A stretch of 58,031 nt of DNA from Chiloscyllium plagiosum. Its lineage: Eukaryota. Positions within the stretch are counted from its first letter, which is position 1; every line of letters begins with the position of its first letter. This document shows positions 1 to 11,449 of the stretch, piece by piece. A program made the position numbers and the translations under genes. The notes under the pieces were generated by a model. That model had not been told where the DNA came from. It made no database searches and saw only the letters and a program-made list of their open reading frames with translations. Location of the stretch: the NCBI RefSeq assembly GCF_004010195.1, contig NC_057758.1, positions 7,085,753-7,143,783 on the forward strand. The letters are read 5' to 3'.

Positions 1-1365
1 CCTCTGAATCTTTCTATTTCCCTTTCTGTCTCTCAATTGCCAAGTCTCTTGATTCTCTCTTTCTCTTGCTCAATTTCGATTCCTTGATCTCTGCTGTCTT
101 GATCTCTCTCACAGATCTTCTCTCTGGATAAATGCGAGCTATTGTATTTTGGCACAACAAGCAAGGGTACATCTTGTACAATTAATACTGGGGCTTTAGG
201 TAGTGTTGTAGAACAGTGCGACCGATGAGTTCACTTTATTGTTCTTTAAAGTTTGTGTCAGAGATGGACAGGATGGTTGAAAATGGTATTTGGCACGCTT
301 GCTTTCATTCTTTCGTCCTTTCGGTTGATATTGTACAGGATATCGATGAGGCCTTTTTGGAATACAGTTTGCTGTTCTGGTCGCCCAGTTATAGGAAGGA
401 TGATATCAAGTTGAAGGGGGTTCAGAGATTTCCCAGGATTGTTCTGGCTATGGAACGGTTGAGTCATCAGGAAATGGTGGATAGGCTGGGACTTTTTTCA
501 CAGGAGCATAGAAGGTTGAGTGGGGAGACCTGACTGAAGCTTGTCAAAGAACGAGAGGCGTAGATCAAGTTGGTGGTGGTTGTCTTTTCCCTAAGATGGG
601 GAATTTCCAGAATTGGAGGGCACATTTTTGAGGAGATAAATTTAAAGCAGACATCAGAGAGTATTTTCTTACATTGAGGGTGGAATGAAGTTCACAATGA
701 AGTGGTGGAAGGGGGTACAATTACTACATTTAAAGTACATTTTGATGGAAATATGAAATAGAAAGATTTGGAGGAAATATGGGACAGTGGCAGTTAGGTG
801 GGACTTGTTCAGTTTGGGATTGTATTTGGTATGGACTTGTTGGACTGGTCGGTCTGTTTCAGTCTTCTATGTTTATCTGTCCATCTCTCTCTCTCTCCCT
901 CTCTCTCACTGTGAGAACAACAGTGTTGTTCTGACATGAATCAGAACTGTCCAGATTCCCCCGCTGCCATTACCTGGCCCGAGGTGACCTGGGCTGGAGT
1001 CCAGGTGCCCAGGCTGTGTCTATCCATACGCATTCCTCTTTGGCTCAAATGTGCCAGACTCGTCGATGGGGTACAGAGTGCAATGAGGTTTAAACTGACT
1101 GTCACATTACGCAGCTAATTACACGTGGCGCATCAAGAGCTGTGAACACACAGTTTTGCGACCTCTCTCGGTCTATTCCCCAACTGTTTTAATCACTCAG
1201 TGTCTCTCTTTATTGCGGTCACTATTTCTATCCCTCCATCTTACTCTGTCTGTCTTGATCTCTGCAACAGTCCCTCTTCCCTTTTCTTACTGACATTCTC
1301 TTTTTCTCTCCCAATGGCTGCTTTGCTCTGTCTCCTCCTCTCCCTTTCCGTCTTATGATTTGTCT
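1..1365 (-). repeat. Inverted paralog of part of the segmental-duplication unit (matches 24227-25613 and 40237-41636)
   Basis: Reverse complement aligns by eye at high identity. Near-identical ORFs occur at 936..1118(+), 24475..24657(-) and 40484..40666(-), and at 216..533(+), 25061..25363(-) and 41080..41412(-). Confidence 0.95.
200..880 (+). mobile_element. CR1/HER1-type LINE 3' fragment (degenerate)
   Basis: LEYSLLFWSPSYRKDDIKLKGVQ-RFPRIV...RLGLFSQEHRRLSG is the CR1 ORF2 C-terminal motif, followed by a CR1-type 3' UTR. Confidence 0.85.
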
Positions 1366-1865
1366 NNNNNNNNNNNNNNNNNNNNNNNNNNNNNNNNNNN
1401 NNNNNNNNNNNNNNNNNNNNNNNNNNNNNNNNNNNNNNNNNNNNNNNNNNNNNNNNNNNNNNNNNNNNNNNNNNNNNNNNNNNNNNNNNNNNNNNNNNNN
1501 NNNNNNNNNNNNNNNNNNNNNNNNNNNNNNNNNNNNNNNNNNNNNNNNNNNNNNNNNNNNNNNNNNNNNNNNNNNNNNNNNNNNNNNNNNNNNNNNNNNN
1601 NNNNNNNNNNNNNNNNNNNNNNNNNNNNNNNNNNNNNNNNNNNNNNNNNNNNNNNNNNNNNNNNNNNNNNNNNNNNNNNNNNNNNNNNNNNNNNNNNNNN
1701 NNNNNNNNNNNNNNNNNNNNNNNNNNNNNNNNNNNNNNNNNNNNNNNNNNNNNNNNNNNNNNNNNNNNNNNNNNNNNNNNNNNNNNNNNNNNNNNNNNNN
1801 NNNNNNNNNNNNNNNNNNNNNNNNNNNNNNNNNNNNNNNNNNNNNNNNNNNNNNNNNNNNNNNNN

Positions 1866-2030
1866 TGAACCTTGTCGAAAGCCTTACTGAAGTCCATATA
1901 GATCACATCTACTGCTCTGCCCTCATCAATCCTCTTTGTTATTTCTTCAAAAACCTCAATCAAGTTTGTGACACATGATTTCCCATGAACAACGCCACGA
2001 TGACTATTCCTGATAACTCCTTGCCTTTCC
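1866..2030 (-). mobile_element. CR1-type reverse transcriptase fragment
   Basis: HGKSCVTNLIEVFEEITKRIDEGRAVDVIYMDFSKAFDKV (RT motif DFSKAFD). Confidence 0.93.
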
Positions 2031-2044
2031 AAATAATAAAACAC

Positions 2045-2126
2045 CGACGAGACTGGGATTTGAACACACGCGTGCAAACCACAATGGATTATCAGTCCTT
2101 CGCTTGAACCACTCAGCCACCTCGTC
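2045..2126 (-). tRNA. tRNA-Ser(GCT)-derived pseudogene/variant with anticodon mutated to GAT
   Basis: Minus strand GACGAGGTGGCTGAGTGGTTCAAGCGAAGGACTGATAATCCATTGTGGTTTGCACGCGTGTGTTCAAATCCCAGTCTCGTCG (82 nt) is collinear with vertebrate tRNA-Ser-GCT: long variable arm, G discriminator, A/B boxes. About 11 substitutions, some disrupting stems. TTTT 3 nt downstream. Confidence 0.9.
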
Positions 2127-2134
2127 CAAAGTTG

Positions 2135-2465
2135 CAATGCATATAATTATGGTCGCTTCTCCCACAATTGTCCCACACTGAAACTTCACTTACCTGACCC
2201 GGCTCAGTTCCTAAACTCAGGTCCCTTCCCTGGTTGGACAGTTTACCTATTTTGTCAGGAATCCCTCCTGACGGCCCTTACAAATTCTGCCCATCCAAGT
2301 TCCTAGCGTGTCAGGGAAGTTAAAAGCACCCACCACAACAACCTTGCTATTACACCTTTCCAAGATTTGTCTGCATTTTCTCTCTTCTTTCGCCTGCTGG
2401 TTGTTGGGAGGCCTGTAGTATACACGCAGCATTGTTATTTCACATTTCCTATTCCTGAGTTTTAA
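2135..2465 (-). mobile_element. CR1-type endonuclease-domain fragment
   Basis: VYYRPPN...VVVVGAFNFPD are the APE-like endonuclease YRPP and GDFN-like motifs. Confidence 0.85.
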
Positions 2466-2589
2466 GCAATGAATCTTGCACTGCCATTGCTTCTTGAGTA
2501 TTTATATTACACCTGGAATTGTTTCTTCACCAGGAAATAAATCCTTCTCTTCCACATATCTTGTAATGCACTGCAGAGACATGCCGTTT

Positions 2590-3680
2590 CTCGATCTAAG
2601 GTCGAGTACTGATTTTACCAATTTCACCCCGTGTGGGGCGGTTGGAGCCCGATGCAGGGAAGTATAGGCCTCAGGCTCCATTTTCAGCCGAGCACTGAAT
2701 TTAACAATTTCACCCAATGTGGGACTGTTACAGATCCGGACAAGGAGGCCCCGTCTCATGCTCGTGTTTGTTGATCTTTCATGGAATCTATGGGATTGAG
2801 AGCCCCCACAAGTATGGACGTCCATAGGAGTAAAATTCCAGTTTCCATCTTGACCTAGTACTGCCGAGAATACAAATCTCTTTCCTAACCACAGAGAGTT
2901 AAAACCCAGTAGATGATGGAAATGAACACACAGTCTTCTGTTTTGAGATAAGCCAGGTGACTCAGAGCAGAATGCCTCATCTGCCAGTTTTCCTGACTTT
3001 TCCTTCCAGGACTGACCAGGACCCACAATGTAGGGAAACGTAAGCCTGCGCATCATCTTGGGGAGTTGACTTTACAGAGTGCTGTGAAACTAAAGACCTT
3101 CACACTCACAGCTAGATACATGTGCACAAAGAGCAGGAGAGTCCCAGGCTCCATTCTCGGGCCCTTTCCAAAACCGATCTCACACTAGATGAATTGGGGA
3201 TGAATTGAGACCCACAGCGCGGTAGGTTTAGGCCTAAGATCCAGATCATGGAGCTAGTACTTACATTTGATCCAGAGTTAGCTGAACTCCACAGATCAGA
3301 GATGAAGAACGCAGGTTGAATCTCTGGGCCAAAATGATGCACATCTCACTCGCACCATGACCCTGATGCAGGACTCGGATGTATCTCAGACCTTATGCTG
3401 TGTTAGTAAATTAACCAATATCTCGACAAAGCAGTGAAATATCGGCTCAGGATGCATCGGGGGCCCAGGGCTGGGTAAGCCAATTAGTGGATTTAATGCA
3501 GGGGCATATAGGACTAGGCTGCATATTGGTCCGAGTGCAAGTGAGCCAATCAGAGTGAAGGTCAGAACTTGCTGCACAGTGCAAGGAAATATAGGCTCTG
3601 CCTCGGGTTTGGATTTGCTTCACCAATTGGTTGTGCAATTGACTGAGGCCTCAATGTGGCCCAACTGATATCGTGGGCCA
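2590..3680. repeat. Highly degenerate tandem array, ~65-90 bp period
   Basis: cgagtactgattttaccaatttcacccc (2603) vs cgagcactgaatttaacaatttcaccca (2689). Recurring tgcaggga..tataggcct.aggct.cat motif at ~2652, 3430, 3496 and 3580. Confidence 0.55.
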
Positions 3681-4384
3681 TTACTGCTCCACGGCTGAGT
3701 GCAGCCTCGCTAGCCTCAGACTCTCAGTTTCCACGATTATCATTCAGCCGGGCTCCTGAATGCCCGGCTCCAGGAACTCACCCACTCCTGGCAATAACAT
3801 GGAGAATTGGGAGCCTGCCAGCTAGTTCTGCAGCAGGGTGCCTCCTGGACTATGTCGTGGGAGAGCAGCAGTAGCTGAATGAGATCCAGCACTACCTCCA
3901 CCAGCAGCTGCAGCAGCTCACCATCACGGTCCTCCAGGGCTTGATTGGCACCAAGGCTGCGTCTTGGCGTCGGTGGTCTCCAGCAAAGAGTGGAGCAATG
4001 TGCAGCCATAAAGGGTCCTCTGGCCCATCCTCGTTATGATGCATCTGGAGGACATGCCAGTGCCTACATCACTACCCAGTGGATTGGTCTGACGTGTTGA
4101 AGTTTGAAATATGGGGCCTAGTTCTTAGAGGCAAAAATTGGTAGAGGTCCAACATGGTCCAAAAACATGAGGCCTAGTTTTTAATGGGAACGAAATTTCA
4201 GAATATCATCAAGAATTCTCTGACAAAACTTCCCTTCCCGTCCCAGCACTACAAAGGAGAGAGAATCACATCTGTTCCTTACCTGTAACCTCCCAACAAA
4301 AACCCCATCACCAAACTAAAAAAAAGAGGGAAAGAGAAAGACCTGGTCCTCGGTATGGAAGGAGGAGGAATTGGATAATGGAGG

Positions 4385-4860
4385 GTGGAGTTTGGGAAAA
4401 TGGGGTCTTTGAATTTAGGCGCGGGGTTTTGTGGTAGGGACGGGTTTGGGGTGCACCAGGCATGGAATTATAGTTTGGGCAGGATTTTAGGTGATCTGGA
4501 CAGGGAAGAGTCTATGGGAGCGGTGTTTGGGAGCGCTGGGCAGTCCACAGTGTTTGGGAAAGTGCCTGAGGTGCACTGCGTGGGAAATTATAGTTGGTCG
4601 GGTTTGTGCAAAGGGCGGTGCCGTGTTTAGGAGCGGGGTTTGAGGGTGAGCTGGGAAGAGAATTGTGTTTGGCAGCGGAGATTGGGGTGTGCTGGGCGGG
4701 ACACAGCATTTGGGGCGGGATTTTGGGCATGCTGGGCGCGGCACAGAGTTTCAGGGCGGAGTTTAAGGTGCGCTGGGCGGGGCACAGTGTTTGGGGGTGG
4801 CGTTTGTGGTGTGCTGGAGGGACACTGTGTAATGGGGCGTGGTTTGGGGAACTGTTTCTG
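4385..4860. repeat. G-rich minisatellite, ~40-41 bp unit
   Basis: Repeated gcgggattttggggtgcgctgggcggggcacagtgtttggg-like units; strong G/T strand skew. Confidence 0.85.
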
Positions 4861-5189
4861 AGAACGGGAAACTGAAAACAACAAAATATTGGATACCAGA
4901 GTGTGTCAAGGGCTGTATCTATGGAAATGGAGGAAACTCACCTTCTGAGTTTAGATGTTGGTGTGTTGCGAGAGCAGCATTTATGCAACATTGCTGGGGC
5001 GATGGTTGGATTGCTGTGACTTAGAAAGAACGTTGCCAATTCATATTAAGTGGTCAGACTGTGTGAATGGCAGAACAAATGTGTTTCTATCTGCCAAACT
5101 GGCAAGGGTAGACCGTCCCACTAGTGCGGGCATGAGGGGAGAGAGCGTGATAGAGAAGGTAAAAAGCAAAGCTGAGAGAAAATGAAGCA

Positions 5190-5430
5190 ATGAGCTCACA
5201 ATTTGAAGGTGCTGAACTCAGCATTCGTCCAGAATGTTGTGAACATGCCTAGTTTGAAGATGAGATGCTGCTTCTTCAGCTTGCGTCGTGATTCACTGGA
5301 GTATGGTAGAATACCGAGGACAGACAAATGAGCTTGCAAGCAGGATGCTGTGTTAAAATGACTGGGCTTCGGGGAATTTGGGGTCATGCTTGTTTACAGA
5401 CTGGAGGTGTTCTGCAAATGGGGGTGGAGA
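5190..5430 (-). mobile_element. Penelope-like element GIY-YIG C-terminal fragment
   Basis: HFNTASCLQAHLSVLG...RRKLKKQHLIFKLG matches the PLE endonuclease C-terminus (HFN...EQHLIFRLGTL). Confidence 0.8.
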
Positions 5431-7839
5431 CTCAATGTTGAGCAGGGCTTCAGTGCAGAGTGGATCTCTCTTACATGCACAAAACCAGCGATTCGGAAAT
5501 AAGCGTTGCAATTCACACTGACAGACAGCAAGGTTCAGAGAAAGAATAAATCCCACTTTCAATGTATGACCCGAAACAAAGTTCCACAGTCCCAGAGATT
5601 CGTAAATCTGACAGTGAGAGAGTGGGAGCAAACGGATGGTTCTTGGTCATATACAGTTCAGGCACTAGATAATGCAGAAGTAATTCAATTTTCTCTTTCA
5701 TCGTCGGAGGTTGTCATAATGTATCAAGCACAGGAAGGTTTGCACAAACGTCAATCAACAATCAATGAAGTACAGACTGAATTACTTTTTTTGTATAAAA
5801 CTGTTTAATCAAGTAGGAAACCACCATCAAACGATATTAAAACTGACGTTTCATGGAACGACATGTACCTGGAGTTTGCCTCCACTTTTATCGTTTCCAA
5901 AGGAACTGTCCAAGATAATCACAATTCATTTGCAACCATCGTTTTCTAATCTATAAATGTCATCATTCAAGATAGTGAGGGCAATCATTGGCCAGAGATG
6001 AGGACTGTAATACAGCTGGTCAAATTTGCATTCAGTCTCAGTATTATAGAAGAAGGACAATGTGTAATTTGAGCATAGTTTCTCGTTTATTTTTGCCATG
6101 TATTGATGAGAATTGCTCAGAGAAACAGCAGAGGATTGGAGAGATAGTACAAGATTTTCTTCACTCGTTCCATGACTGGCAGTTTCGAGCATAGCTAGGA
6201 AATAGACGATGAAGCAAGATATCTGTCAGATTTCTCAGAACAGGCTTAACGTTATCTGAAATAACCCAATGACAAATAATAATGAAAGCTGATGGTGACA
6301 CAGGTTTCACAGATATTAAAACTTGTACATGGCTCTAGAGTGCAATCAAAGGAAATAGACTAGAATGAGAAGATGTCGAAATGTTGGCGTATAGAAGCAG
6401 ATTCTGTGTTATATTCGTGGAAAATTTGTCCTCACGGAACAGCTGCATATATCAATGATGTTGTTTGAAGATACATCCTGAGAGCATTAGCATGGGATCT
6501 CTGAGTTCAATGAAGTTTCCACAAGGACACTTGATACTACTTTCATTCAGAAACAAATACATTCCTATTATCTTTCCTGTCTTTGTAGATTCCTATTCGG
6601 TATGTCTATCTCTGCATTCCGTTTGGTATTTTAATATTGCAGAGACCATGCACGCCCAAGGATAAGACCCAATGCACAAAAAGCAAAAGCACTCCAAGAC
6701 CGTTTTCACTTTTGACCATTTCTCCAACAATTGTGAAACTGCTGAAAATTCCTCTTTCTGCAACTCACCAGCATGTGGTACTTCGGGGTGGGTCCGTGTG
6801 GTGGAGTTGGAATCCTGCACCAATCTCTCTGCTCAGCACGCTTTACTGTTTGGAAGTAATGCTAAGTAAATCACTTCCTCCCCCATTGTGCACACTTCTC
6901 ACTGTCAAACAATTCCCAGATATCATTATTCAACTCTATGTAAGTAAGATTGTAATGAATCACTCTATGTATTATCTGCCCCCAACCCACCGCCCCTTCA
7001 GTAATCTGAAGGTTTGAAGGCAATACGAAAGACCATATTCATGTGAAGGGTTTCCAGTGCTAGATGGATAACTGCTTTATCTGGAGCAGAATGTTTAACT
7101 CGACTACTTAAATTTATGTGGCTCTGGGCAGAATCTGGCTCTGACGTGAATATTTAACTTGATTTAAAAAATGTTTTCCAGTTAAATTCCTACTGCAGCG
7201 GTTGTGAATCCCACGTATTGTTCGAGCTGCACTAATCAGCGCAAATCTGCGAGTATCTCATTATATTTTAGACGTCTGCTTTCAAGATAGTGCCATCTCA
7301 TTTTCGAGAGTGGGGATGAGTTCCTTACCACAGAAACCTACGCATCTCATCTGCTCCTGTATCAATGGCAAAAATATGAAGAATAAAGTTCAACGCCTAG
7401 TTGATCCTTTCTTTGTTGAATCATTTAACCCTATCTGACAGAAAATGATTTCATTTATTGTCATATAAGGAATAGTATCCTGCAGCACACAAGCGTAACC
7501 CATCATTGTGTTTCCTCGTATGCACATTACAACGGAGTTTGCAGGACGGGTGTTATCTCTCGGCCTTGTTCGCTGATCTCTGGGATGTGAGAATTTTCCT
7601 GCTCTTGTGCCATTAGTCATACAAGTTAATATAGGATGTGCCTTGCTGCTGCTGTGGATTTGGGTTATACCTGCTCATTTCTTTCAGACCTTCAGAAGGT
7701 TTCTGTTTGACCTGGTGCCACTGTTCTTTTTTAGTTCCTCTGTTCCTCCATGTGGATTGGTCACGACATGTTAATACGTCTTGCTTTTCGATTTTCTTTC
7801 CCAGCGATGTTCTGCCAAGCCACTCTTTCAATTCACTTA

Positions 7840-8993
7840 TCATCTTTTCAGCAGCTCTGAGTTGTTTCCTTTCGAAGTTAGTTTCATAATTAACGTAAAC
7901 GGATATTTCACCTGTTCTCTGAACTTGGACTGCGTTGCTACATAAATTAATGTGTTTGTGCTTCATGTTATATTCCGCAACATGTACGCAACTTCCTTGA
8001 ATATATTTTCCGAATTGTCATCGAGGAGTTCATTAACATTAAAAATGAACATAATATACGGAAACCACAACAGTGTAAAGCTGCCCGATATGGTGAGGAG
8101 TAAAATCACAGAATTCCGTCTGCTCTCCATCTCTGGATCATTCTGTCCCTTGCTATGACCCTTCAGTCCCTTTCTGACTCGACTAGCCACTAATATATGC
8201 CTGACTAGCCACTAACAGAGCATTGAGCAACAGAATTAAATCAAATAGTAGCAATGGCGTTAAAACCTTTTCAACCATTCTAAATCCAATCCATCTCGGG
8301 TCAGTAAAATAGGCTCGTTTGTTAGAACAATACAGAGAAGCATTGTTAATAATTCGTTTAGGCTTAAATCGGAAGTAAATGGGTATGTTTTTTAAACTGA
8401 AAAATATACAGATTGTTGCAAGAACTCTTGTTGCGGTTTTCCTAGTTCAATATTTAGATTTAAGCCTCTCGCAACAAATTGCAATAAATCGATCAAAAGT
8501 AAAGGTGACAGTGGACCAGACTGAACAGTCCATTGCTAATCGAGCCAGGAGGTAGTTAACGTTACACACAGCAGTGAGTGTCAGGAGAGGCATCGGGAAA
8601 TAATGCCAATTTGATTCGGAGAAGCATGACCTCAGTGATAATCGTCAGGAGATCCGACATTGCCATGGCCAACATGTAACAAGTGGTGCAGTTGGAGATT
8701 CCACACTTTNNNNNNNNNNNNNNNNNNNNNNNNNNNNNNNNNNNNNNNNNNNNNNNNNNNNNNNNNNNNNNNNNNNNNNNNNNNNNNNNNNNNNNNNNNN
8801 NNNNNNNNNNNNNNNNNNNNNNNNNNNNNNNNNNNNNNNNNNNNNNNNNNNNNNNNNNNNTTGATTCCGAGAAGCATGACCTCAGTGATAATCGTCAGTA
8901 GATCCGCCATTGCCATGGCCAACATGTAACAAGTGGTGCAGTTGGAGATTCCACACTTTCCCTGGGCTAGGATTACAATTGCCACGAGATTTG
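7840..8993 (-). pseudogene. GPR139/GPR142-like class A GPCR pseudogene, exon 2 (TM1 end to TM7)
   Basis: Acceptor cttacag|CA at 8993. ANLVAIVILAQGKCGISNCTTCYMLAMAMADLL; DCSVWSTVTFTFDRFIAICC; ILVASRVRKGLKG; DPEMESRRNSVILLLTISGSFTLLW; TNTLIYVATQSKFREQ. Premature TGA at 8447-8449 and 7963-7965; frameshifts near 8610 and near 8205-8215. Interrupted by an N-gap. Confidence 0.9.
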
Positions 8994-9249
8994 CTGTAAG
9001 AGGAAAGAGGCAGAAGGGTCTCAATTTTGTTTATATTCGTGTGGAGAAAGTAAGCACTGAGATTTGTTTAAAAACTTGGAAAGCGGCCCTTTTCACAATT
9101 TGAACCATAACTAAGTAAATGCAGGTAATTGTAGATGCATTAATTTTCTTTCATACGTGGAACTCAGGATTTCGACAAATCTACTAAATCTACTGACATG
9201 AAGGTCTGACTATTTTTATGTCTAAAGAATCATTGAATAACTACGGAAG

Positions 9250-9680
9250 CTGCTTGGCTCATCGAGGCTGAACTGACCCTCAGAAGAACATGCCAACCAG
9301 AGAGCCCATCCCTGTAAACCCACGAAAATTTTCCATGCCTCACCGGTAATATCACATTTCCCATGGCGCATTTACCGAGCGTGCACATCCCTGGACAATA
9401 AGGCTCAGTGGTAAGCACTGCTGCCTCACAGTGCCATGTCAGTTCGCAACAAACAATGGTGAGCACAGACAATGGAATAATTATCTGAGCTGTTCCTATC
9501 TTGCAGAATGTTTTTGTTTTCCAACATCTTCTTTCAAGTCTGTTCTTTGGGGTTTGCACAGCACCAGATACCTGGGTTTGATTCCAATCTGGGACAACTC
9601 TCTATGTGGAGTTTGCACATTCTCCCCGTGTTTGTCTGCGTCTTTTTCGGGTGCTCTGCTTTCCTCCTGCAGTTCAAATA
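9250..9680. mobile_element. Fragmented HE1-type tRNA-derived SINE pieces in the GPCR intron
   Basis: ggctcagtggtaagcactgctgcctcacag (A box) and tggagtttgcacattctccccgtg core on plus; SINE 3' part on minus at ~9250-9400. Confidence 0.75.
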
Positions 9681-9684
9681 TGTA

Positions 9685-10285
9685 CTTAAATGCCCAATGA
9701 CTCTCCTTCTACCAGCACAGCTGGCAACGCATTCCATTTATTCATAACTGTCTGTGTAAAGAACCTACCTTTGATATCTCCTTTATACCTTCCTCCTAAT
9801 ATCTTCAAATTTTGACTCCTTGTACCAGTCAATCCTGTCCCGGCGAAAAGAATCTGGCTATTGACTCTATCTGTAACTCTCATTACTTTGTGCACCTCTA
9901 TCAGGTCTCCTCTCTACCTCGTTCTCTCCCGAGAGAAAAGTACGAGCCTATTCAAACTTTCTTCATAAGGCAAGCCCTCCAGTCCAGGCAGCAACGTGGT
10001 AAAACTTCTTTGCACATTCTCCAAAGTCTGTGTATCTTTCCTACCACAGGCCGAACAAAACTGGATACAAAAGTCCAAGTGTGGTCTCACCGGGGACTTG
10101 TAGAGCTGCAGCAAAAACTCACAGCTCCTACACACAATCCCCTGATGATGAAAGCCAAAGCACCATAAGCTTTTTTAACAACACTATCCACTTGGGTGGA
10201 ACCTTTGAAGGATCGATGTACGTGCAGACCCCGATCCCTCTATTCCTCCACACTGCCAAGAATCCAGTCTTTAATCGCCTGTGTT
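9685..10285 (-). mobile_element. CR1-type LINE 3' fragment
   Basis: LYKSPVRPHLDFCIQF...LENVQRSFTTLLPGLEGLPYEESLNRL; RFFTQTVMNKWNALP. Confidence 0.9.
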
Positions 10286-10614
10286 AATCTCTGTGTATTG
10301 ATATCAATTCTTTCTTAAAGCAGGACGTGTGACATTCAAATAAATTTAAAATTGTTCACCAGAAAGAAGATTAATCAAGTTGAGAAAGTGCTGCCAATAG
10401 ATTAAATGTAATGACATGTGAAACCGAATGCAATCACCCACACAAGAGCAATTCTAACCTGTGATTCCTCCCCAGTAAGAAAAGGCGACTGCTGTTATGG
10501 TTGTCCAATTTCATCACATACAGTGGAATCTGACATTGATAATCTCCACCAATACCCATTATCAGGGAATTTTCCCCTTCCTGACTTTGGCTTCACAGGA
10601 CAGACCATACAGAA

Positions 10615-10695
10615 ACACACACACACGCACACGCACACACACATACATACACACACACACACACGCACACACACACGCACACACAGACACACATA
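10615..10695. repeat. (CA)n microsatellite, interrupted
   Basis: Direct observation. Confidence 0.97.
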
Positions 10696-10900
10696 CCTAT
10701 GAGCGAGAAAAAATTCAATAAGACAGGGATTTTCAGCGAAAAAAGAAGCATTGTACAGATAAAAATGACGTATTGGTGCCAGTAATAATGCTATGGTGTC
10801 GGTGTTAGAATGGCCAGCAAATACTATATGAAGTCACTGTGCATATCAAAAGCCAATGCATACAGAGAATTAAACGATTTCAAGCCTAACAAACACTTAC

Positions 10901-10967
10901 CAGGAATACCAATTATAGTAAGGATTGCATAAAACATTTTCCTGACAGCTCGTACGGTATTGTGCAT
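10901..10967 (-). pseudogene. GPR139-like GPCR pseudogene, exon 1
   Basis: ATG at 10967, MHNTVRAVRKMFYAILTIIGIP, donor G|gtaag at 10900. The phase-1 junction joins exon 2 in frame (G|CA = Ala, giving ...IIGIPANLVAIVIL). Confidence 0.88.
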
Positions 10968-11052
10968 TTTCTCTGGGAAAGTGCTATGTTAGGTTTGTAC
11001 TGCAGAAAATTTTCCAAGTTCAACTCTGAAACGTTCCATCCCAATACATGCA

Positions 11053-11059
11053 TTTTATA
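11053..11059 (-). promoter_or_regulatory. Candidate TATA box of the GPCR gene
   Basis: TATAAAA on the minus strand, ~90 bp upstream of the exon-1 ATG. Confidence 0.4.
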
Positions 11060-11212
11060 CTTTTAGGGGCATCCATCGGGACACTGAAGTGTTTTTTTTT
11101 CATTTAGTAAATTTTGAGTAAACAGATTACAACATGCGTGATATCACGTGTTGGTGTAAAACACAGGTGTTGAGATTTAACTAGAGCCTGAAACACTCAA
11201 AATGGCCAGGTT

Positions 11213-11449
11213 TGATCAGTTTAAAGTCGAGAGTGTGATGCAGGAAAAGCACAACAGGTCAGGCAGCATCGCAGGAAAATCGACAGTCGAACAAAAGCCC
11301 ATCATCAGATTCCTGATGAAGGGCTTTTGCCCGATACGTCGATCTTCCTGCCCCTCTGTGCTGCCTGACCCGCTGTGGTTTTCCAGCACCACACTCTCGA
11401 CTCTCACCACCAGCATCTGTCGTCCTCATTTTCTACTGATCAGTTTAAA
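11213..11449. mobile_element. Palindromic PLE-terminal insertion with 13-bp target-site duplication
   Basis: TSD tgatcagtttaaa at 11213-11225 and 11437-11449. Arms agtcgagagtgtg...aaaagcccatcatcag and cctgatgaagggctttt...cacactctcgact are imperfect inverted repeats. Hammerhead-like CTGATGA...GATA core at 11313-11340. Confidence 0.85.

Noticed and set aside
2502..3056. 184-aa ORF with VKSVLDLRSRNGMSLQCITRYVEE resembling a linker-histone H1 helix
   Set aside because: Similarity is limited to ~20 residues, the rest of the globular domain and the Lys-rich tail are missing, and it overlaps a degenerate DNA repeat.
5926..6869. Possible second GPCR relic (MERVKKILYY on minus; TVFTFDHF on plus)
   Set aside because: Short motifs on opposite strands with no surrounding TM segments; chance similarity is likely.
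7963..8449. TGA codons at Cys positions as possible selenocysteine recoding
   Set aside because: The gene also has two frameshifts and I saw no SECIS; simple TGY>TGA nonsense mutations suffice.
10418..10721. His/Thr- or Cys/Val-rich ORFs
   Set aside because: Translations of the (CA)n microsatellite.
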